Origin: a virus
DNA length: 64,000 bases
Reading direction: 5' to 3' (one strand)
Virus record (IMG/VR): IMGVR_UViG_3300015371_000001
Location: 1-64,000 of that record
Made by a program: the position numbers and the translations under genes. Shown piece after piece: positions 39,201 through 47,397 of the stretch. Each line of letters opens with the position of its first letter. The first letter of the stretch is position 1. A model generated the notes under the pieces. The model worked only from the letters and a program-made list of their open reading frames with translations. It was not told the DNA's origin and made no database searches.

Positions 39201-42175
39201 TGTCGACCACGATCTCGGGCAGCACGGCAGATCGGAAGCACATCAGCAACTCGCTCGCTGGGATCAAGACTGAGGACATCCTGAAGGGTAAAGAGGACCA
39301 GGCTGTTGAGGTCGTCTTGCATGTGCCCGCTGGAGTCAAGGGCCGGTACCTGGAGCCGTGGGCACCGAAGAAGTTCGGCTACGAGAAGGAGCTTCTGCTA
39401 GATCGAGGTCTCAAGTGGCAGGTGGAGCGTGCCGAGCGGATGAACGGCAACGGCGAGTTGTCGAAGGTGACGTTGCTGGGGTACCCCGCTGATCAACAGC
39501 CTCAGCGTTCACTTGATTCGCTTAACCCAAGCCGTCATGGCGTATTTGAGGACTACACGACTGGCCGAGCTTTTCGTGCATCTGCTCCCTTGGCGAGCAA
39601 CATGACCACTCTTGCAGAGACTAGGGGAAAGGACCCGGACGAGACGCTTACGGTCTATCGTGGCGTTCCCAAGTCGGCTCCTGACGGTCTCCAGCCAGGC
39701 GACTACGTTACGACGATGCGTCAGCTTGCGTCCGACTACGCGGGTGACGGTCGTGTGATAGCAGCGAAGGTTCGTTATGGCGACATCTTGGACGACCGCG
39801 AGGACCCCGGCAATGAGTCCGAGTTCATCTACCGTCCTCAGCCGAATCGGTATTGGGTCAAGCCGGTGTCGGCGGACAAGGTCATTAAGCGTTCTGACTT
39901 CAGCAACCCGGACACACCTCGTACCCGAGCCGTATCACCTGAGGAGTTCGCTCTGCTCTCCGATGAGGGGCGAGCCAAGCTGGAGTCGTTCCGGCAGGAC
40001 TCAGCACCACCGGAGGGTCTGGACAAGAACTTTGATGCACTGACCGATCAGGCGTTCAAGGACACCCGTGAGCCGTGGGGCGGTATGACCATCGATGCCC
40101 GGTCGGGTAAGCCGGTGGACCCTGGCAAGGAGGCGTACGCGCTCTCGGTGAAGAACGGGGTAGCCTCGGTCACGATCCCTGCGGACTCGGACGAGGCCAC
40201 CTTCAAGAAGGCGATGAAGGAGGCGCGGGAGCGCTTCGACAACGACCTGCGATACAAGCAGATCTCGCTGGGCATCTTCCATGACGACGACACAGGTCAG
40301 ATCGAGTTCGATCCAGTGCTTGTGGTAGACAACCTGCACGACGTAGACACCATTGGGTCGTACACCCACGCTGTTGGAGGAGCGTATGGCTTCCATGACG
40401 GCAACGGCTACTGGCCACCGTACGTAGAGGAGAAGCCAGGTGAGCAATTCCAAGAAGCCAGGGCAGCGGAAAAAGTCCAAGGACTTCAAGGGTCCGGGGC
40501 AGTGGCTCCGCCGAGCCAAGAAGGCTCAGGGCAACGAGCCGGGTCAGGAGGCAGAGACCTCGGAGCCGTCCTCCGAGGAGCCCGAGACAAGCGAGCCCAA
40601 AAACGAGTAGAGGCGTACCACCCGAAGGTCAAGGGGTTCGGAGACAACGCAGCCGTCGAAGATGCGATGCACAAGACGGCGGTGGTGCTTGGCGACACTG
40701 ACCTGATCGACCACCTGACGATCAAGGGTGCTCCTGCGAAGGAGTTGGTGAAGGAGGGTGGCGAAGGCGCGGTTGCCAACCATCATCAGTCGTCTCGTGC
40801 TGGCGAGAACGACGTGATCACGTTCTCGAACGAGTTGTTCCCAGCGAAGGATGCGCCGAACCTTGGGATGGGCTCCAAGGACAGCAGCATGGTCGATGAC
40901 GTTGTCTACTCCGCCAGTGTGGGCTTCAACGAGAAGGCCGAGAAGAACCTGACGCAGCCTCAGTTGACCGTGGCTCACGAGATGGGCCACGAGATCACGC
41001 TGGACGTTGAGACCGAGGCGCTACGAGATAATCCACGGCTGTTCCAGGACGAGGTCATGGTGCCGTTGTCCAAGGCGCTGGGGGTTGACCCACCCGATGT
41101 GCCGGAGGACGGCGCTGGGCTACGTGGAGCCATCGAGGAGTGGCGCGAGAAGAACGCTGCGGTGATTGCCAAGAAGGTGTCGACGTACGGCTCCTCGATG
41201 GTGCCGGAGATGTACGCCGAGTTGTGGGCCAAGTACGTCGATGACCCCGACGCGCCAGGTCCGGCCAAGGCATTCGGCGACGGGATTAAGCGGGTCCACG
41301 CTCAGGCCAAGCACGCCGACATGCAGACGGCTCAGAATCGGTTCGATATGCACGTTGGTGACTGGCCAGCACCGATGTCGAACGACCGGAGTAAGAAGGC
41401 GTTGGAGGAGCGGACGGCGATGGCCATGTTCTGGGCCAACTCCAGCGAGTACAACAACAACGTGACTGATCCGTCGTTCCCCAAGCCGCTGGACCGAGAG
41501 TGGACGCAGAAGGAGATCGATGACGCCCACGCCAACAATCCAGGCTTGGACGATGTGCTCAACATTGACAACGTGACCTTCCGGAATCGAATCCAACAAC
41601 CCCTCACCGTGTGGTGGGGCCAGCCAGCCGGAACTGTTGATCTCCGACCGGGGACCAACATCGTGGACGCAGGCTACGAGGCCGTCACCACAGATCCGTC
41701 GAAGCTGCCTGAGGGGTACGACAAGTTCAAGCTCTTGCTCGCACCGGGTACGCCGTACCTGCCAGACGATCCGAATGTGGGCAGTACTCCGATTCATGGA
41801 CTCGGTCGGGACACCAACTGGATCGTAGTTGGCAAGGAGAAGGACGGCACCACCTTGGTGGAGGTCAGCGCACCTCGTGAATGGGAGCACGTCGATGCGG
41901 GGACGGTGGACTTCGGACCTGATTCGGACCCGACCGACGGAGGTCGTTTGACTCCGGATGCCAAGACGGGTGCTGAGGCAGGCTACGAGAACACGTCAGG
42001 CGATGGCGGCGATACAACCGGAGGCGACCCGTTCGCCGACCAGCCTGACCAGCCGTTGGGCGGAGCAGGCTTCGGTCAGATGGACGATGCGGAGTACGAG
42101 CGGATCAAGGCCAAGTTCGCTCGCCGTAACAAGGCGGCACAGGAACGACTGCGGAAGGGCAAGAAGAATGGCTGA
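36212..42175 (+). CDS. Portal protein (DUF935/Mu gp29-like) fused to polyvalent cargo: ADP-ribosyltransferase-like and zincin domains
   Basis: N-terminal ~460 aa portal-like after terL; ART R..FLSTT..EKE; HEMGH...EMYAE. Confidence 0.8.
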   Translation: MTTDIVTLANDDDPQAVVPRPKEDSQEFGIALRLPFSTPYVPPRGVKKRSKDDLYEVFNEKAEDEPNILQLQAMRRTDGQARALYRLITLPIRSALRTAKFVPAKDGELEAEFAELMLTLPYSGGGMQTPMRTVIAQMLMAVFDGYSAFEQVLWRPKKGPLEGMWTLRKIAHRPAETVTFITDDHGEFEGIRQRTVIHGKEIDEFIDARSCIYFAVQEEERPFYGVSYFQAAFSHFDKKVKLYYISHLAAQHRAVGARIGTAPASASKAERDTFLKHMEDFGFAQAILLPKDFEIEHQYPTANASFLDLINHHNSQMSKSVLAAFFDDSQGGGADSALVDFGKQDDSMFVMMLQALMDDLAGLINDKLIPKFIDWNFGSEKYPEFKFGTFTNEQKEIIHSTFEKLAVAGQTLTVTHEFMRELEKYMAEELGLDNIDYEDIDARERADKEKADLQAQEMGQFYGGSGGFPPKPKAPDGPDGPQPSKPIGQGPSGSNSGGVRPPGSEPDTSVPFAATYTTGGNTVELTWDPTLHPRDPIGQFAPADGSNKEPVKESSTHIKKPLEPEHQASAEPKGGFAEPRPRDTASSDSSSSTSYDHTTEDKPPKMPPELEGRSLESLKNERRRLGREILQSSGNLKRVLMLAQQVVKINDGIEALEYQREQHRDRIHQLLQASSASKAALTQEADEVYSTEGKTDVVELATMWQERLHPRDNDGKFAEKPGTGVARAFKALDTSAEVYAKPGGRGTAHYKLFKDGSAQYVNARMESTDLKRDVALRRIAKQGFEKQAGDFKPARPRRPKADAPARGLSDKIKKPPDTPQQKAILRKSKTAQKVRREWPVGTRVTANTKEPTGREGTVTRHVPGTNAQGGHLNVKWDNGTEGRHSPVSLKKVTSEDRVLIGREWDRKSAREWTESKPLSPEQLKVVEDYTGGEGYKGTNRGLRGRAKMTPKIESEVAGLDSIMEPLPQDIVVRHFTHRREFPKNVQPGDQWSDPGFLSTTISGSTADRKHISNSLAGIKTEDILKGKEDQAVEVVLHVPAGVKGRYLEPWAPKKFGYEKELLLDRGLKWQVERAERMNGNGELSKVTLLGYPADQQPQRSLDSLNPSRHGVFEDYTTGRAFRASAPLASNMTTLAETRGKDPDETLTVYRGVPKSAPDGLQPGDYVTTMRQLASDYAGDGRVIAAKVRYGDILDDREDPGNESEFIYRPQPNRYWVKPVSADKVIKRSDFSNPDTPRTRAVSPEEFALLSDEGRAKLESFRQDSAPPEGLDKNFDALTDQAFKDTREPWGGMTIDARSGKPVDPGKEAYALSVKNGVASVTIPADSDEATFKKAMKEARERFDNDLRYKQISLGIFHDDDTGQIEFDPVLVVDNLHDVDTIGSYTHAVGGAYGFHDGNGYWPPYVEEKPGEQFQEARAAEKVQGLQGSGAVAPPSQEGSGQRAGSGGRDLGAVLRGARDKRAQKRVEAYHPKVKGFGDNAAVEDAMHKTAVVLGDTDLIDHLTIKGAPAKELVKEGGEGAVANHHQSSRAGENDVITFSNELFPAKDAPNLGMGSKDSSMVDDVVYSASVGFNEKAEKNLTQPQLTVAHEMGHEITLDVETEALRDNPRLFQDEVMVPLSKALGVDPPDVPEDGAGLRGAIEEWREKNAAVIAKKVSTYGSSMVPEMYAELWAKYVDDPDAPGPAKAFGDGIKRVHAQAKHADMQTAQNRFDMHVGDWPAPMSNDRSKKALEERTAMAMFWANSSEYNNNVTDPSFPKPLDREWTQKEIDDAHANNPGLDDVLNIDNVTFRNRIQQPLTVWWGQPAGTVDLRPGTNIVDAGYEAVTTDPSKLPEGYDKFKLLLAPGTPYLPDDPNVGSTPIHGLGRDTNWIVVGKEKDGTTLVEVSAPREWEHVDAGTVDFGPDSDPTDGGRLTPDAKTGAEAGYENTSGDGGDTTGGDPFADQPDQPLGGAGFGQMDDAEYERIKAKFARRNKAAQERLRKGKKNG

Positions 42176-42374
42176 CGCGGTCTACAAGTGGGCGCGAGGT
42201 CTCCCCGAGGAGACGGTCAAGCAACTCAAGGAAGCTGGGCTGTACCGGCCCGAGGGTCCTGGCATCTCTGAGGTGGAGCCGGGAGTATGGAGTCACCCGA
42301 GATACTTCCTGAAGAAGCCGAAGGACGACGATGGCACCCATCGCGAGTCTGGCGACGACGCTCGCTCTGCTTGA
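42168..42374 (+). CDS. Hypothetical protein
   Basis: Overlaps portal stop; coding-like. Confidence 0.5.
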   Translation: MADAVYKWARGLPEETVKQLKEAGLYRPEGPGISEVEPGVWSHPRYFLKKPKDDDGTHRESGDDARSA

Positions 42375-43326
42375 CCACAGGCGAGACGATCTCCAGGCGT
42401 ACTCAGGGCAACTGCGCTCGGACATCCGAGACGATGTGCTGGGTGCGGTCGGCGCGTACTCGGATCACATCGCGGCGATCATCCGCGCCAACCCAGACCG
42501 GGACATCAACGAGATCCTGACTCGCGCTGATCTTCAGCGCACGCTCACCACATCGATGGATGGACTGCGGAGGCAGGCCGTGGGCCGGATCAGGTCGTCA
42601 TGGTTCTACGGTTCGGACTTGGCCACCGATCATGTCAATGAGGAGATCGACCGGTTGACAGGTGGCTTTCGACTCAGGCGTAGTCGAGCCGACGACTCCT
42701 ACCTGGAGGGCTTGGTCGACGATGTCAACACCAACATCGATTCGCTCACCAACGCTCTGCTACAACGAGCCGAGCAGATCTACGAGGAGCAGGGTGGGTA
42801 CCTCCAGCACGAGTTGGAGTCCAAGAACGTCCGCAAGGCCAAGGCCAGCCGGATTGCTTCGCTCCTCAAGGACTCGCTCACGCTATCGGCGCAGCGTGCC
42901 GGTATCCGGGTGGCGTACGGATCTCAGGTAGCCGCTGCCCGAGGCTTCACCAACCAGCAGATCGCGGCGTACGCCAGGATGGCCGCTCAGGACCCCAGCA
43001 CCAGGAAGGTGTGGGTGGCCAACTTCTTGAACAACAACCCGTGCGACATGTGCTGGGCGCTCCACGGTGTATCTCTGCCTATCGGCCAGTCGTTCGATCC
43101 GTACGCCACCTTCGGTCGGCGCGTGGTTCGCACCTATCGTGACCTGATCGGTCCGCCACGGCATCCCAACTGCCAGTGTCGGTTGGTGGTGACCCGTGAG
43201 GGGATGGACTTCAGCACGGCATCGCCAGACACCATGCAACAGTTCGCTCAGGAGAAATTGAGGGACGAAATCGGCATTCACGCCGCTCGGGACGCGCTGG
43301 AGCATGTAGCGATCCTGTTCATCTGA
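42331..43326 (+). CDS. MuF-like minor head morphogenesis protein
   Basis: KVW...PCDMCWALHG...PPRHPNCQC. Confidence 0.8.
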   Translation: MAPIASLATTLALLDHRRDDLQAYSGQLRSDIRDDVLGAVGAYSDHIAAIIRANPDRDINEILTRADLQRTLTTSMDGLRRQAVGRIRSSWFYGSDLATDHVNEEIDRLTGGFRLRRSRADDSYLEGLVDDVNTNIDSLTNALLQRAEQIYEEQGGYLQHELESKNVRKAKASRIASLLKDSLTLSAQRAGIRVAYGSQVAAARGFTNQQIAAYARMAAQDPSTRKVWVANFLNNNPCDMCWALHGVSLPIGQSFDPYATFGRRVVRTYRDLIGPPRHPNCQCRLVVTREGMDFSTASPDTMQQFAQEKLRDEIGIHAARDALEHVAILFI

Positions 43327-43341
43327 TCCGATAAGCCATAC

Positions 43342-44463
43342 GTGGCTGATGAACTTGCTGTCGTCCCTAGCGACGATGCCGATTGGGTCGAGCTAGCGCG
43401 CTCGTCGTCCGGTCGTCTGTTCAGGAAGCACATCCTGACCAAGGGCGATCTGATTCATCCCAAGACTGGATCGATCATCCCCATCGATGATCAGTACCTC
43501 GACACGATGGTGGACAACTTCGAGAAGGGTGTCTGCCCTATCGTCCAGGTCCCTCTGGCCGGACCACGCAATGAGCACACCGAGGACCCTGAGCGGAACC
43601 TTGGTGAGGTCGTCGGCCTGGAGAAGGAGGGGGACAAGTTCTTCGCCGTCATCGACGTGCGGGACTCTGACAAGGCGGACAAGGTCGGTAAGACGATCCT
43701 CGGTGCGTCGGCGATGTTCTCTCAGAACTACCTCGACACCAAGACGGGCCAGCATGTCGGTCCCACGCTCTTGCATGTCTGCGCGACCAATAGACCGTAC
43801 GTCCGTGACCTAGAGGACTACGAGGAGCTAGTCGCAGCCTCATCCGATAACAACAGCGATGTGGTCGTGCTGTCCACTGCGGAAGGAACGGACGAGATGC
43901 CGGAAATGACTCGCGACGAGATGATCGCCGCACTGCGCGACGATCATGGCATCGACGTGGTGGCAATGCACGAGGAGCTTGAAGCCTCGCGGCCAGCAGT
44001 CGCCCTCACTCAGCAGCTTGCCAACGCGCTGGTCGACGGAGACATCGTCCAGCTTTCGGCGGGCCAGGAGATGACGATTGACGACGTTCGAGGCGGCGTG
44101 CTCGCGCTCGCCGAGGAGAACAGCCGTCTTGGCCAGTCGGTGGTCAACGCCGCTGACCAGATCACCGAGTTGACCAACGAGTTGGACGAGGTCACGCAGA
44201 AGCAGGCCGACACGCTCATCGACTCGCTGATCGAGCAGGGCCGGATTGCACCTGCGAAGAAGGACGACTACCTCAAGCTGTGCATGACCGACTTCGACAT
44301 GTTCGAGGCGATGGTGCCGGACGAGCCCATCGTCAAGCTCTCCAAGGAGTCCGGCACGTCGGAGACCGACGATGTCCACGACACCAACGAGAAGGCCATC
44401 ACCAGCGAGATCGACCGCTACGTGAAGGCGGACTTCGCGAAGCCGTACGTGCGGACGCAGTAA
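43342..44463 (+). CDS. Capsid maturation protease with C-terminal scaffold
   Basis: H...GASA...TNRPY Mu I-like protease motifs; acidic coiled-coil C-half. Confidence 0.8.
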   Translation: MADELAVVPSDDADWVELARSSSGRLFRKHILTKGDLIHPKTGSIIPIDDQYLDTMVDNFEKGVCPIVQVPLAGPRNEHTEDPERNLGEVVGLEKEGDKFFAVIDVRDSDKADKVGKTILGASAMFSQNYLDTKTGQHVGPTLLHVCATNRPYVRDLEDYEELVAASSDNNSDVVVLSTAEGTDEMPEMTRDEMIAALRDDHGIDVVAMHEELEASRPAVALTQQLANALVDGDIVQLSAGQEMTIDDVRGGVLALAEENSRLGQSVVNAADQITELTNELDEVTQKQADTLIDSLIEQGRIAPAKKDDYLKLCMTDFDMFEAMVPDEPIVKLSKESGTSETDDVHDTNEKAITSEIDRYVKADFAKPYVRTQ

Positions 44464-44497
44464 CCAACAACCCGTCGAGAGGGAATAGAGGACACCG

Positions 44498-44935
44498 ATG
44501 GCGGACGAGTACGCGGGCGATGTGATGCCCGCACCGGGGTTTACCTCCCCGACGGCTGAGTTCACCGACGACGAGCTTCTGTACTCGACGGCTGGGTTCA
44601 CCCAGAAGGGTGTGACTCTCGCTGGCGGACAGGGCGTGGTCGGCCTTGGGACCTTCTTGGGTCGTAAGACTTCGGACAAGCTCTGGTACAAGTACAACAA
44701 CGGAGCCAGCGATGGCACCGAGGTGGTACGTGGCATCCTCCGGCAGTCGGTCGACACTGGTACTGGTGGTGCCCCACCGACCGGGTCCAACCGGAACATG
44801 CAGGGCAACCTGGTGATCCAGGGCATCGTGAAGCGGTCCAAGATCGTCTCGGGTTCAGGCTCCAACGCCTGGGTCGATGCGCTCACCGACCTCAACGCCC
44901 GCGTGGACACCGTGTTGGACACCTTCACCTTCTAG
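44498..44935 (+). CDS. Head decoration protein
   Basis: ASDGTE..RGIL motif; between scaffold and capsid. Confidence 0.75.
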   Translation: MADEYAGDVMPAPGFTSPTAEFTDDELLYSTAGFTQKGVTLAGGQGVVGLGTFLGRKTSDKLWYKYNNGASDGTEVVRGILRQSVDTGTGGAPPTGSNRNMQGNLVIQGIVKRSKIVSGSGSNAWVDALTDLNARVDTVLDTFTF

Positions 44936-44940
44936 TCCTC

Positions 44941-45372
44941 ATGCAGGATTGCTCAACGGCTGGGTGTAACAACCCAGCCGTTGGTCATGGAAAGAACTGG
45001 CGTAAGTGCCGTAGCTGCTTGAACGAGTACCAGCGGAATTGGCAACGTCAGAACAAGGCGCGTCGGACCATCGTCCGGTTTAAGATCACCGAGGGCGAGT
45101 ACGTCGAACAGCTAGAGGATCAGTACGGCAGGTGTGCCAACCCATCCTGCCTCACCCACTGGCGAGACACGGCCTTCAAGCGCCTGGTGTGGGACAACGA
45201 ACGACGGAAATTGCTCTGTGTCCCCTGTAACAAAGCGCGTGGTCTCCTCCAAGATGATCCACTTCGGCTACGTGGGCTGGCCGATTACGTGGAGGGGACT
45301 CAGACTGCCAATCCGATGAGCCTAAGCAAGGTTCTCGGCGAACCGATAAGCATTGATAGACCAGCCGGTTGA
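44941..45372 (+). CDS. Endonuclease VII-like HNH homing nuclease, possibly inactive
   Basis: ITEGEY..LEDQYGRCA..C...LLCVPCNKARG..DD..L...ADY; DH catalytic motif absent. Confidence 0.7.
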   Translation: MQDCSTAGCNNPAVGHGKNWRKCRSCLNEYQRNWQRQNKARRTIVRFKITEGEYVEQLEDQYGRCANPSCLTHWRDTAFKRLVWDNERRKLLCVPCNKARGLLQDDPLRLRGLADYVEGTQTANPMSLSKVLGEPISIDRPAG

Positions 45373-45454
45373 CTCCACCGTGAGTGGCGCAGGTCGGTCC
45401 CGAGGTTGGGGCGCTGATTTTGGACAGAGGCACCCGTAGCGAAGGAGTCGGCAA

Positions 45455-46462
45455 GTGCCTGAGATCAGTCTTTTGAACCCGACCGTGCTGCGGGGCGTCG
45501 TTGAGAAGTTCACGGCCCCAGAGTCGCTGGTGATGCTCAACCGCGTCGACAAGACTCCGTGGCCGTACCCGAGCGCCACTTGGGACGTGATCCGTGGTTC
45601 GCGCATGATGGCGAAGCCGAACGTCCCCAACTCCGAGGCCCACATCGTGCCTCGTCTGGGTCGGAGCCAGGAGTCGGCGAGCTTCGTCTACCTTCGTGAG
45701 AAGAAGGTGTTCGAGCCCACCACGCTCTACTGGATTCGTACGCCAGGGCAGCTTGCGGCGCGCAACGCCGAAGCTGCGGTCATGCGAGAGATCGGTGACC
45801 TCAACCAGCGCTTCGACAACTTCGCCGAGTTCTGCATCTGGCGGATGTTCACCGGCAACCTGGTGCTCGACTATCCCGACGTGCAGGCCAACGTCGACTA
45901 CAAGCTCCCGTCGAGCCACAAGCCGAACCCAGGCACCTCGTGGGCATCAGGCACCCCCGAGTCGCTGGTCGGCGACATCCGGGCTTGGAAGCGGCTCATC
46001 AGCCGTGACGGTCGTGTTCCGGCGCGTGAGGCGTACGCCACCGAAAAGACGATCTCCTACATCTTCGACGCCTACGCGGACACCGGCTCCAACGCGCCGT
46101 TCCTGCTGAGCGACCGGATGAAGGACCAGTACTACTCGACCGGCACGCTCCCCAACTTCATGGGGCTCGACTGGCATACCACCGAGCACATCTTCGAGGA
46201 CGACAGCGGCAACGAGACGCTGTTCCTGGCGGACAACGCGCTGCTGATCGGCAACTTCACCGAGAACCGTCCGTTCGAGATGTTCGTCGGCCCGACCGCT
46301 GACGACGAGGCTCCGGACTATTTCACCGGCAAGTTCTCCAAGACGTGGAAGGACAAGGACCCGTCGGCCAGGCAGTACCTCCTGGAGTGGCACTTCCTTC
46401 CGGTTATGACCCGTCCTGAGCAGTTCGTCTACGTCGCGGACGTGACCGACACCACGCCATAA
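45455..46462 (+). CDS. Major capsid protein (lambda gpE-like family)
   Basis: Position, size 335 aa, terminal DPSARQYLLEWHFLP. Confidence 0.85.
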   Translation: MPEISLLNPTVLRGVVEKFTAPESLVMLNRVDKTPWPYPSATWDVIRGSRMMAKPNVPNSEAHIVPRLGRSQESASFVYLREKKVFEPTTLYWIRTPGQLAARNAEAAVMREIGDLNQRFDNFAEFCIWRMFTGNLVLDYPDVQANVDYKLPSSHKPNPGTSWASGTPESLVGDIRAWKRLISRDGRVPAREAYATEKTISYIFDAYADTGSNAPFLLSDRMKDQYYSTGTLPNFMGLDWHTTEHIFEDDSGNETLFLADNALLIGNFTENRPFEMFVGPTADDEAPDYFTGKFSKTWKDKDPSARQYLLEWHFLPVMTRPEQFVYVADVTDTTP

Positions 46463-46481
46463 CCCTCCCTCCTCCCAGGAA

Positions 46482-46520
46482 TGAGAGCGGTCCCCTTGCG
46501 CCGGGGACCGCTCTCAATTT
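46482..46520 (+). terminator. Intrinsic terminator after capsid gene
   Basis: Perfect 14-bp stem TGAGAGCGGTCCCC/GGGGACCGCTCTCA then ATTT. Confidence 0.8.
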
Positions 46521-46592
46521 ACGGTGAGACTGCGCTGCCCCTCCTCGGTTCCCTACCATGACTGAGGCGGGGCACCGCCATCTTGAAATGAT

Positions 46593-46623
46593 GTTGGTGG
46601 TCGGCAACGTGGTCCGGTAGCCT
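46593..46623 (+). promoter_or_regulatory. Promoter with GTTG-N8-CAAC box
   Basis: GTTGGTGGTCGGCAAC 46593-46608; TAGCCT 46618-46623. Confidence 0.55.
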
Positions 46624-46653
46624 GGGCAGTCGAACACCAGGAGGCAGCAAATC

Positions 46654-47394
46654 ATGGCTACACGCTTGAACCAACTGCTCGCTATCGACAAGACGCAGCA
46701 GGCAGAGACGAAGTCTGTGGTCACCAAGTCGCACCACGCGCTTCAGACAAGCTCCAAGACGGTGGGTATCCACCGGAGCTACCAGCCGCTCGATGAGGCG
46801 GACACCGACCGACTGCCCGATGAGGGCACGCTGGTCCAGGTCCGTGCGGGTGAGGAGATCCAGCGGGTCCGCAAGGCATGGGGCGACCTCATGGACGTGA
46901 CCGCGAAGAAGGACTGGACCAACCAGTCGGCCAACGCGGATGTTGTCCTGTCGGACGGCACGGTCCTGGTCGAGGGTGCGCCCACGACGTTCCTGCTCTG
47001 GCTGGAGAAGCGGCTGGAGGACATCTACACCTACGTGTCCAAGATCCCGGAGTTGAACCCCGGCATCGAGTGGGAGTACGACCCGAACACGGACACGTAC
47101 CGCTCGAAGCCCACCGAGACGGCGCGCAACAAGAAGGAGCCGAGGGTCGTCACCTTGGCTCCGTCGACCGACAAGCACCCGGCGCAGACCCAACTCCTCA
47201 TGGAGGACAAGCGGGTCGGCACGTTCACCACGACGCACTTCAGCGGTGGGATGCCCCGCAAGGACATTCAGGCGCTCAAGGAGCGGGTGCGCGAGGTCGC
47301 CAAGGCGTCCAAGCAGGCACGGGAGCAGGCCAACCTGGTCGATGTGGACGACATCGAGGTTGCCGACCGTGTCCTGGACTACATCTTCGGGTAG
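46654..47394 (+). CDS. Conserved protein of unknown function (DUF7873-like, by recall)
   Basis: LNQLLA, RSYQP, TAKKDWTN..A.ADV, LLWLEK, TDKHPAQ, FSG, AREQAN, DYIF; AGGAGG SD. Confidence 0.75.
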   Translation: MATRLNQLLAIDKTQQAETKSVVTKSHHALQTSSKTVGIHRSYQPLDEADTDRLPDEGTLVQVRAGEEIQRVRKAWGDLMDVTAKKDWTNQSANADVVLSDGTVLVEGAPTTFLLWLEKRLEDIYTYVSKIPELNPGIEWEYDPNTDTYRSKPTETARNKKEPRVVTLAPSTDKHPAQTQLLMEDKRVGTFTTTHFSGGMPRKDIQALKERVREVAKASKQAREQANLVDVDDIEVADRVLDYIFG

Positions 47395-47397
47395 GGT

